From the NCBI GenBank assembly GCA_946965045.2, contig OX337237.1:1054001-1118000 (forward strand): a stretch of DNA of 64,000 bases, written 5' to 3'. This stretch comes from Epithemia pelagica. Taxonomy: Eukaryota; Protista; Bacillariophyta. The notes beneath the pieces were generated by a model. The model saw only the letters and a program-made list of their open reading frames with translations. It did not search any database and had not been told where the DNA came from. This document shows positions 55,313 through 64,000 of this stretch, in pieces (position 1 is the stretch's first letter; each line of letters starts with the position of its first letter). Both the position numbers and the translations under genes were made by a program.

Positions 55313-56476
55313 CTACTTTCCCATTTTGCCAAGTCGATAATCTGAAATGGCCTTGTGAATTTCTTCTTGTGTGTTCATCACAAAGGGTCCTTGATTTACA
55401 ATGGGTTCATTGAGCGGTTCTCCTCCCAAAATCAAGACACTGGAATTGGCATCGACAACCCGCAGCCGCACCGTATCCGATCCGTCCACTCGCATCAAGG
55501 CCACGTCTTGGGGACCCAAACTAGATTCCTTCAGTTTGGGGTAGTCGGTATGATCCGTACTGCTCACGACTTGAATGGCACCTCGCCGGACAAAGACAAT
55601 GCAATTTTGACTCGCCGGAAAGGGCAAATCGACTTCAGAACCGGCCTTGGGCAAATTGATATCCCACATTTGTACGGGCGAAAAGGTGGAAGCCGCACCC
55701 TTGGTATCCCCCAATTCCCCCGCAATAATACGAGCCGTTCCCACCGAGTCGTTACTATCACTGTTCAGGGGTAGATTGACGACGGGAATGTTTTGTTTGA
55801 GAAGGGCTTGATAGCCCGGTTTGGTCATTTTGTGCTGTTTCGGCAGATTCACCCACAATTGGCACATTTCAAAGGTTCCTCCGGACCCGGTAAATTCGTG
55901 CGAATGAAATTCTTGATGAATGATCCCGCGTCCCGCCGTCATCCATTGGACATCGCCTTCTCCAATGACATCTTTTTGACCCGTGGAATCTTGATGTTCC
56001 ACTTCGCCTTGAAAGGCCACCGTGACAGTTTCAAAGCCCCGATGGGGATGTTGTCCGACGCCCAGCGGGGGACCGACGCGAGCGGGAAACTGTTTGGGTT
56101 CGGCATAGTCAAACATTAACAGTGGCGACAATTCTTGGGTAAAGGCACTGTTGGCAAAGACGGGGTAGACACGAAAGCCATCGCCCACCCAATGAGCGGG
56201 AGGACGGGCCATGATTTTGCGCACCGAACGAAGTTTGGCCGACGAGGACATGTCGTTGTCGTTGTTGTGGTTGTGGTTGGAGGATTCACAAACGGCGGGT
56301 TCGGGGCTGGTATTCGTCGTCGTTTCGAGACTATCGGAGAGAGATACCGTGCTTGGTTTGGCAGTCGTCAGGGGCAAGACACCAAAGGCAGCAGCCGTGG
56401 TGACCAAAACGGTGGAGGAGGTGATCAGGGCACAACAGACGGAAGCAGCAAGTCTTTCAAGACTGGTGACTTTCAT
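55313..56476 (-). CDS. PIR: Pirin (bicupin) with bipartite plastid presequence
   Basis: HPHRGFETVT, EHQDSTG, VQWMTAGRGIIHQE, QLWVNLP and GEPLNEPIVNQGPFVMNT motifs; N-terminal AAA-FG. Confidence 0.95.
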   Translation of the reverse strand: MKVTSLERLAASVCCALITSSTVLVTTAAAFGVLPLTTAKPSTVSLSDSLETTTNTSPEPAVCESSNHNHNNDNDMSSSAKLRSVRKIMARPPAHWVGDGFRVYPVFANSAFTQELSPLLMFDYAEPKQFPARVGPPLGVGQHPHRGFETVTVAFQGEVEHQDSTGQKDVIGEGDVQWMTAGRGIIHQEFHSHEFTGSGGTFEMCQLWVNLPKQHKMTKPGYQALLKQNIPVVNLPLNSDSNDSVGTARIIAGELGDTKGAASTFSPVQMWDINLPKAGSEVDLPFPASQNCIVFVRRGAIQVVSSTDHTDYPKLKESSLGPQDVALMRVDGSDTVRLRVVDANSSVLILGGEPLNEPIVNQGPFVMNTQEEIHKAISDYRLGKMGK

Positions 56477-57103
56477 TCACAGTCAGTAGTTTGATGGAAA
56501 CTGTGTTTTGTTGGTTGATTCTGTGCGTAATTCTTGCACAAGACAAGGAGATTTTGTTTTATGAGACACTTTGTTATATTCTACAATCGTCGACTTCTCT
56601 CATGGTCAGCTGAGATTTTGTGGGGATGATGGTTTTGCACTGGATTCGATGATGTTCGTACATACGTCATCTTACACGACTCGAAAAGTTGATGGGACTG
56701 AAATTTCCGCGACTGCAGGATAAGTGATACTAATTAACGGGACCATGATCAAGTATGACGTATCCTTGATTCTGTCGAAGGTGCGCATGTGAGGAGCTTC
56801 CTAAATTCGAACAAGCTTTTCATGATCAGGACCAAATCTGTTAAGTGTTTGGCTACGTACGTGGATAATCAAGAATGACGTGACCTTCAAACTCGGTGTC
56901 ATTCAGTTTTCATGTCTCTCCGACACCAGCCGTTCGGTTGGGTTTGGTGCGTCCCAAAAGAAACCAAACAACAACAACAACACCGTCCGTGTCAACAGCC
57001 AATCCTTCTTTAGAGGTCTTGGTCTTTGAGAGTGTGTTGTGATTGATTCGTTTCCAAAAAGGAAAGCGAGCAAAGAAGAGTGTGTAGTTGTCAACAAGCC
57101 ACC

Positions 57104-58204
57104 ATGTCGTTGGGTCGTTTTCTGTTTGTGACGCCGCTGTTGCTGACGTCTCAAGCGTTTGCTCCCTCGTGGAGCGGTCGTAGAACGACAGTTTCGTTCT
57201 TGTCGTCACCCATGGGCATGCCGGATCCAGGACCTCCTCCTCCTCCTGGTATGGGTCAATTTGCAGGTGGTCCTCCTCCGATGCAACCTCCTCCCATGCA
57301 GCCTCCTCCCATGGAAGGACCACCTCCTCCGCAACAAGCCATGGCACCTCCTCCGCCGCAAGAACTAGCCCAGCCGACGGCCGTACCACCCCCACCCCCT
57401 CCGTCGGATGCGGCCATTCAACCCGTCCAACGTCGCATGGGCGTTCGTCCCGTTCGAGAATATGAATACGAAATTTCCAATCGTTGGGATGCCTTGGACA
57501 AGAAATATGTCAGTTCGACCGGTGCTCCCTACGGTCGGTACGATTTGGGATCCTTTACACCCGAACCTCCCATTGCCCGTGAATACACGTGGTTGCGCCC
57601 ACGGGAAAACGACGATGAACTCATGTTGGCCGGTGTCGATGAATCTCGATGGGACGAAGTCGAACGTCGCTTGTCGTTGTGTGATGCCGGCGATACCGGG
57701 GCGCGTCCCGGTCAATACAGTCGGACCGTGACACCCTTTTTGCCCGTGGCCCGCAGCAATGAACGCAATGCTGGTGGCCCCTATGGTCGCTACGAACCCT
57801 TTACGCCCGAACCGCCCATTGCTCGAAGCAGCATGCGTCGCAACACTGGTGGCCCCTACGGTCGCTACGAACCCTTTACGCCCGATCCACCCATTGCTCG
57901 GGAACCCACGTGGTTGCGGAAACGGGAAAATGACGATGAACTCATGTTGGCGGGTGTCGATGAAACGCGATGGAATGAAGTGGAACGTCGCGTCAAAATG
58001 AGTGATGCCGGCGATGTTGGTGCTCGTCCCGGACAATACAGTCGGACCGTGACACCCTTTTCCCCCGTGGCCCGAGAAAAGGGACGCGTCACCTATGTCG
58101 CCTCCCAACAAGCCAAGGCGGCGGCCCTCCCGTCAACATCGGCCATGCCCGGACCCTCCATGCAAGCGACGACCGAAGCGGTTCCGGCGCAAGCTTCCAA
58201 CTAA
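57104..58204 (+). CDS. Plastid-targeted Pro-rich protein with internal repeats
   Basis: MSLGRFLFVTPLLLTSQA-FAP; PPPM repeats; two about 75-aa repeats and an extra GGPYGRYEPFTPEPPIAR unit. Confidence 0.82.
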   Translation: MSLGRFLFVTPLLLTSQAFAPSWSGRRTTVSFLSSPMGMPDPGPPPPPGMGQFAGGPPPMQPPPMQPPPMEGPPPPQQAMAPPPPQELAQPTAVPPPPPPSDAAIQPVQRRMGVRPVREYEYEISNRWDALDKKYVSSTGAPYGRYDLGSFTPEPPIAREYTWLRPRENDDELMLAGVDESRWDEVERRLSLCDAGDTGARPGQYSRTVTPFLPVARSNERNAGGPYGRYEPFTPEPPIARSSMRRNTGGPYGRYEPFTPDPPIAREPTWLRKRENDDELMLAGVDETRWNEVERRVKMSDAGDVGARPGQYSRTVTPFSPVAREKGRVTYVASQQAKAAALPSTSAMPGPSMQATTEAVPAQASN

Positions 58205-59172
58205 CTCCACAAGAACAAACACAAGAAGAAAACCACCAAGAAGAAGAAGAAGAAGAAGAACTACGAGAAAGGGAGTCGGAACAAGGCTGGGAATACCGGA
58301 ATGTTATTTGTTGTCTGGATGATGCATATACTATACTAATCACAAAGAAGAAGAAAAAAGAAGAAGAAGAAAAATATTATTGTTTTATATAGTTGCCAAG
58401 ACGAAAACTAAAGATCAACCTCTTGGGGAACTTGTAGCTACCAAGCAAACTGACAACTCGAGTCTACCATGTCGCTTTAGCGTCGAGCATCCAACGTTCG
58501 TCGTCTCTTGTCACCTACTTGTGTGTGTTTTGGAAATGCAGGGGAGTCGTCTCGTCGTTGGCACAGTGGACGACACAAAACGAGTTTTTCTTAAAGCTGT
58601 GTACGAGGAAAACTCTGGATTTGTGCTATGTATGACCTGTTGTATGTGACACCACCACCAACAAGCGGCAACAGACTCAGCCTTGTAGGTAGTTATTTAT
58701 ACGGTAACACGGTACGCTGTCAACAGTGGGACAAACGATCCGGAGTCCGGAGCTATGAGTCCTACACAGTTAAGGTTGTCCCGTGTCACTCTCGAGCCGC
58801 CCATTTCGCGAGTGTGACCGTGCGTGATCTTCGTGGCACGGAACTTAATACTCTTGAGCGTTTAGATCAAATTATGGTTTTATTATAAACTATCGATGAT
58901 GATATCCAAGCGATGAGATGTACGAAGTTTTTCTATATTCCCTCCGACCACCCGCTCCTTTTTGCTCCACCAGTAATCGCGGTCCGACGATGACGGGGTC
59001 CTTTTAGATTGTTAACTTGTCCTGTTTCTCGCCACCGTCTTTGTCGGCTCGCTGGACCTTATTCATTGTCTACATTTCGAAGTAAGCAGCGCAGTGTGGT
59101 GGAATGGAAAACAACACAACAGCAGTTTGTTTCTCTGCGGCTTCCCTGTTATCATCAGCACGGCCTGATGTA

Positions 59173-59714
59173 ATGTCCTTTGCATTTGATTTTCAAGTTC
59201 CTTCAGAGGCAGACGAGGCGGCAATCGCCACAAGTACCCAAAAGAGTGCGCAAGGACGAGAAACAACAGCTGATCATTTCAAGGGAGCCATTGGAACGGG
59301 TTATTGATTGGGTCTCGCCACGTTTCCCTCACATGGGCTCGAAACGAACAACCGTGGTCTGGGAGATTGCTCTGAGGGCCCTTTTATAATAAGTGATGCA
59401 AAGCACAAAAAGACGATTCGGATGAATCATATGATTTGATTATGGCCGCGGAAACCTTATACACGTTAGAATCAGCTCAAGAAACGTGCCATTTGTTGGC
59501 TCGCTGGTTAAAACCGGAAACGTGTATGGCCTACCTTGCAACCAAACGGTATTACTTTGGTGTTGGCGGAGGAACTCAAGAGTTGTGGCGTGTTGTGGAG
59601 ACTAATTGTCCCAACCTTTTGACCTTGGAAACCATTCGAGTCTATGATAATGGGGTATCCAATATTCGCGAACTCGTCCGAGTGCGCGAGCAATCACAAG
59701 CCAGTCCTGGTTAA
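59173..59714 (+). pseudogene. Remnant of a METTL18/HPM1-like SAM methyltransferase
   Basis: N-terminal MSFAFDF and C-terminal YDLIMAAETLY..LKP..AYLATKRYYFGVGGG..DNGVSNIRE. The SAM-binding motif I is missing and stops or frameshifts lie between. Confidence 0.65.
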
Positions 59715-59953
59715 TCCAACAATGCCAGTCGATAGCGCTACTGTTCTTAACCCAACGAATCCTTGTGTTGCGATTCTTCGAAGCATCACTCCACGTCCGT
59801 CTCTGCAAACACTAAGTGGTAGAGCTTTCTGCAGTGACTGCAACCCATCTGTGTTTTTACTTCACTTTGTCGTTTGCTGATGCAACCTTATCTGTACCGA
59901 GACATGCACATGGTGGTCATCTAAGACTTGATACAACCATGTCACCTCTGGGT

Positions 59954-60633
59954 GAGCAACAACTTAATGACAGGAGAGGGGTAAAGACTCGTTGACAAAG
60001 TTGGAGCGAGCCACGACTTGGCACCTGAAGTACCGTACATCACTTACATGTGATATGGGAACCGACGTCTTCCAGCCTAGAGGGATCGATTTGAAAGTCA
60101 AGTCACCTTTGACACTCTCTTTTTGCTTCAGGCTCCTGAGACGTGGACATCATTGCTTTTTTCGGGACCATGAGACGTGGACATGGTGAATATCCAAGGC
60201 TTTATACAACCATTCTACATCTGACGGAGCAACAACTTGATGACAGAGTGGTATAGACCCTCTGTGAATAAGTTGTAGCGAGCCACGACTTGGCACCTGA
60301 AGTGCCGTATATGCGATACGGGAACCGACGTCTTCCAGCCTAGAGGGATCGATTTGAAAGTCAAGTCACCCTTGACACTCGCTTTTTGCTTTCGATACCC
60401 TTCAGGCCCCTGAGACGTGGACATCATTCCCTTTTTCGGGACCATGAGACGTGGTGAATATCCAAGGCTTTATACAACCATTCTACATCTGACGGAGCAA
60501 CAACTTGATGACAGAGTGGTATAGACCCTCTGTGAATAAGTTGTAGCGAGCCACGACTTGGCACCTGAAGTGCCGTATATGCGATACGGGAACCGACGTC
60601 TTCCAGCCTAGAGGGATCGATTTGAAAGTCAAG
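59954..60633. repeat. About 2.6 tandem copies of a 263-268-bp unit
   Basis: accgacgtcttccagcctagagggatcgatttgaaagtcaag at 60061, 60324 and 60592. Confidence 0.95.
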
Positions 60634-60791
60634 GATATCCAGTTTTTGTGGTTCTTGATGCGAAAAGCGGAAATACAACAATCTACATTTTTCTTGTCCA
60701 CACAGACCATCCAACATCCAATGGCAGACTCCGTCATGTAACAACATATTATATGACACCATCATCGCTGGAAGAACAAGGTTTAGATTTC

Positions 60792-62588
60792 TCAGGTATC
60801 ACTGCTGCGTACCGTGATCGTCGACATTGACGAGCCGGAACAAGAGACGTCGTCTCGGGTTATTTCGACCGGCGGTTCCTCCGTCAACATTTCATCGGAA
60901 TCATCAGGAGTTTTACGATCGTCGAACGGACCGTACGTATCGCAGGCCATCAAACTCTTCTGGCTCGTATAATCCCCCCAAGAAGACGCTGCTTTCAGAG
61001 CCCAAAGGTAGGGGTCTGGAATCATTTTTTGTTCTTCCTCTGTACAAAAGTATTTCCCAAGATCGACTTTCAAAATCTTGGCCGCGTTGGACTCAATGTT
61101 CGCCTTCTTCACAGGAACAGAAACATGTTTTTCGGCGGTGAATTGCTTCTGAACATTCCCTAGAACCCGCAATTTTCTTAGTAAGATCGGAACGCATGTT
61201 TTGGCTTTCGATGCCTCGCCTTTGCTAGTTCTATCGACAGATTCATCTTTGTTTTCTACCAACGATGAATCCGTCGATAGAACTAGCAAAGGCGACAAAG
61301 TTCCTTCGAGCTCCTCTACAAGAGAGCGGTTTTGCTCATCCCCGTTGACCAACTGTGCTTGATTTTCTTGGTCGTCCACCTGTTCGGATCTTCCATCGGG
61401 CTTACGCTTCTGCTTCTTCCTCTTCTTGTCAGCGGCCAACTCTAAATGTTTTGTTGCCCGTGCTGCCCATTCCTCAAGAGCGTCGTCACGGACAAGAAGG
61501 TCCGCGAGGGCTTTGACTGTGAGTGACAAAAACTCCGTGGCCAATGCAAGCTCCTCGTCGGATGCTTCACCGAGCCACGTCATATGTCCTTCCGCAAGGG
61601 GCTTGGTTCCCATCAGCCACTTGTACGTAGCTGGTGTCGCAGCGACAATGAGACAGTACGAAGTCCCAGGCTCCCATGTTTTGGTGTAATCCCAAACAGG
61701 AGCCAAGATCATGTGCTTCTCGCTCGATTCTGACACTTTATCAAAGTGCTCTTCGTGATGCTCTGGAATCTTTAAAAAGTTCCAGCTTAGTGCTTTCAAC
61801 GGCGTATGTGGCGTAGGTGGCGTTTCGTCAGCACCGATGAAAATCTTTAAAAAATTCCAGAATGGTGGCGTAGGTGGCGTGTCGTCGGTATCGATCAAAT
61901 TCTTATTGTTCGTACCTTCCACAAAGTATCGAAAGTCCTCGTTTTCAAGCATATTGCCATTCTCCTCCGTTTTGTAGCCTGTCACAACACGAAGAACAGG
62001 TCCCCAGGTTAGAGAACAAGTTGGGTCTAATGGGCACCCGTGAGCTCTGGACAAGGATGATACGGGAAACAGTGAAGCATCAGGATAGTCTTGTTTCCTG
62101 TACTTGATTTCGAACCTTTTCTCCGGACCATTGTACCACTTGATGGCCTCAGTGTCCTTCTCTCGAGCTCTTTTCCAGGTTTTGAACCAACCCTCGAATC
62201 CCACGGTCTCTGTGCTCCAAATATCGCTCAATGACGTGTAGTAGGTACCATTTTGATAGTCAAACTTCTTATCAAGATCCTTCGTGAAGCCGTCAAAATT
62301 TTGTCGGAGTTTTTGTTGTTCAGTCTGGAAGCCGTCAAAATCTTGTCGGAGTTTTTGTTGTTCAGTCTGGAGTTTTTGTTGTTCAGTCTGGAGTTTTTGT
62401 TGATCAGTCTGGATTGCTCCAAGCACTTGCAATATCTGTTGGAGCTGCGATTGAATAGCGGGATCAAGGGCGCTATCCGTGGAGGACGGCTGTTCCCGTT
62501 GTCGTTGTTGTTGTTGTTGTTGTTGGGACATCCCAATAATTCTACTGTTTGCGCTTTGCAGGAGATCGTCGTTTTCAGAATGAAACAT
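60792..62588 (-). CDS. Coiled-coil plus HNH_2/Crinkler-like putative nuclease, 598 aa
   Basis: QTEQQKL heptad repeats; RAHGCP..NFLKIPEHHEEHFD pattern (AH..N..H..FD); PDPYLWALKAASSW. Confidence 0.7.
   Translation of the reverse strand: MFHSENDDLLQSANSRIIGMSQQQQQQQRQREQPSSTDSALDPAIQSQLQQILQVLGAIQTDQQKLQTEQQKLQTEQQKLRQDFDGFQTEQQKLRQNFDGFTKDLDKKFDYQNGTYYTSLSDIWSTETVGFEGWFKTWKRAREKDTEAIKWYNGPEKRFEIKYRKQDYPDASLFPVSSLSRAHGCPLDPTCSLTWGPVLRVVTGYKTEENGNMLENEDFRYFVEGTNNKNLIDTDDTPPTPPFWNFLKIFIGADETPPTPHTPLKALSWNFLKIPEHHEEHFDKVSESSEKHMILAPVWDYTKTWEPGTSYCLIVAATPATYKWLMGTKPLAEGHMTWLGEASDEELALATEFLSLTVKALADLLVRDDALEEWAARATKHLELAADKKRKKQKRKPDGRSEQVDDQENQAQLVNGDEQNRSLVEELEGTLSPLLVLSTDSSLVENKDESVDRTSKGEASKAKTCVPILLRKLRVLGNVQKQFTAEKHVSVPVKKANIESNAAKILKVDLGKYFCTEEEQKMIPDPYLWALKAASSWGDYTSQKSLMACDTYGPFDDRKTPDDSDEMLTEEPPVEITRDDVSCSGSSMSTITVRSSDT
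62287..62413. repeat. 21-bp and 42-bp coding tandem repeats producing the coiled coil
   Basis: gtttttgttgttcagtctgga units and two gaagccgtcaaaa..ttgtcggagtttttgttgttcagtctg units. Confidence 0.9.
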
Positions 62589-63250
62589 AAAAAGAAAGAG
62601 TATATTGCTTCCGGTCTTCGAGAGAGAAAGAGAAGATGGAGTGCTTGTAACTTGTAACCAAGGAAGTCAATCGTATAGGAACAAGCGTTGTTTCTTGTTA
62701 TTCTACTGACTGCGAGTGCTCCGGGTTCCGGAGAGTGGGATAATCGTGATCGTGCGAACAACCTCGCTCGGTCGCGGTGGTGGTGACGACCCATGAGCGA
62801 TTCAAAGGCTTGCATCCACGACTCCGTCCCAGATTCCAGAGGTTGGATCTGCATCAATCTCTAGCGTCCGAACACTGCAAAAATTCACAGGTTGTCATCC
62901 AAGAATCTTGCAGTGGCGCTTCGTATTGATACCAGTTGTCGTTTCTCATTGGATTGCACCACCATGTCTGGATTCCATCTTTTCCATTTGATCTTTTCTC
63001 TGGGGGTGGTTGATGGCCACAACAGAAGAGCGTTCTATTGCGTGTTGATCTCTCCATTGCAATTTGTAAAAGAGTTGGTGATTCCATTCAGTGGCAGCAC
63101 ACCACCACCAAGTCTCTGATTGAAAGAGTGTTGTTCTTGTGTTGGATTCAAAAAGATTTTTGGGTGCAAAACCGAATAGTGTCTCGCCCAAAAGTTCCCC
63201 CTCGTGGAAAGGAATCAATCCATTCATTCTCATTGTGGACAATCAACAGG

Positions 63251-64000
63251 ATGGTGGTCCTTGTCTTGAGACTTTCGGTCTTGTTTGTGTGGCTGTTTCA
63301 TGCGGGGAATGCATTGCGCAATGTCAAGGTTGCCAACACCCAAGAAGCCATTGCATCTCCAAAGGAGAAAACTCCAAGGACTGGACCAACCACGGCAACA
63401 ACAACTTTTTCGTCGGAATCCGACTCTACCTTCTTTTTGTCTTCGGAAACATGTCCCTTGCACTGTTTGAATGGATCCACCTGCCGTCGCGTCAAACGCG
63501 TTGCTAGTGAAGAAGAAGTGCAAAGGGAGGAGTGGCAGTGGCACTGTGAGTGTGTTGCTGGATTTCAAGGAACAGAGTGTGGCGATACCTCTACTAGTGC
63601 ATCCATCAATGGTCTGGACTCTTTATTTCCACAACCACAAGAAGCACAAGAAGAAACACAACGGCGCATCAATGCGGCTTCCTCGACAAACACATCCCCC
63701 GCCAAGAAACTGGGACAAGCCATGACCTTGACCAATGTGATTGGATATACGATGGAATCGGATGCGGTCAAGGTCGCCATGGCGGGTCCGTATTTGGTGA
63801 TTGGCGAACGACGTATGGGCAATGGATTGGCGCAAGTGCATTATCGGAAACCCAATGCCACAACCGCCTTTTCCTTGGTTTCCACCATTACAGCCTTGGA
63901 GGGGACGCGCAATTTTGGCGATGCCGTGGATATCGAAGTGCATCCCACCACGGGTCAGCCGGCACTGGTCGTGGGTGCCTCTCGGACCATGCATGAAACC
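63251..64000 (+). CDS. Secreted EGF-like plus FG-GAP-like protein; runs off the window
   Basis: ATG 63251 is open to the window end. Signal peptide; CPLHCLNGSTC..CECVAGFQGTEC; VAMAGPYLVIG and NFGDAVDI..LVVGA. Confidence 0.8.
   Translation, partial: MVVLVLRLSVLFVWLFHAGNALRNVKVANTQEAIASPKEKTPRTGPTTATTTFSSESDSTFFLSSETCPLHCLNGSTCRRVKRVASEEEVQREEWQWHCECVAGFQGTECGDTSTSASINGLDSLFPQPQEAQEETQRRINAASSTNTSPAKKLGQAMTLTNVIGYTMESDAVKVAMAGPYLVIGERRMGNGLAQVHYRKPNATTAFSLVSTITALEGTRNFGDAVDIEVHPTTGQPALVVGASRTMHET

Noticed and set aside
62946-63994. Minus-strand ORFs at the right edge as genes
   Set aside because: Those beyond 63250 are antisense to the EGF gene; the rest are stop-ridden and are mentioned only as a possible CRN header remnant.

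Overview
Eukaryotic nuclear DNA, most likely a pennate diatom. This is inferred from short GT-AG introns with CTAAC-like branch points, bipartite ASAFAP-type plastid presequences, DUF6824-like genes and poly-Q/CAA tracts. The window holds about 20 host genes, including NAC-alpha, a WrbA/FQR1 flavodoxin-like reductase, an SLC35F-like transporter, two DUF6824 proteins, a PX+SYLF protein, bleomycin hydrolase, a GST_N/glutaredoxin protein, pirin, an HNH/Crinkler-like protein and an EGF/FG-GAP secreted protein. Two stretches are transposon-rich. (1) About 28.9-35.7 kb: a decayed piggyBac transposase sits tail-to-tail with an intact spliced gene carrying a P2X7-ballast-like motif. It is followed by a compound palindrome and a 1.3-kb module in which arrays of the palindrome TGTATCGATACA bracket two coding fragments. 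(2) 42.16-53.68 kb: a Ngaro-type tyrosine-recombinase retrotransposon (A1-ORFs-B1A2B2). Its gag stop reads UGA-CGG in frame with pol (candidate readthrough) and its RT core is deleted. Its terminal B2 repeat is split by a 4,374-bp insertion with an 8-bp target-site duplication. The insertion carries a Zisupton/KDZ-like transposase fragment, an intact orphan ORF and hairpin-repeat arrays. All family assignments come from remembered motifs; no database search was run.
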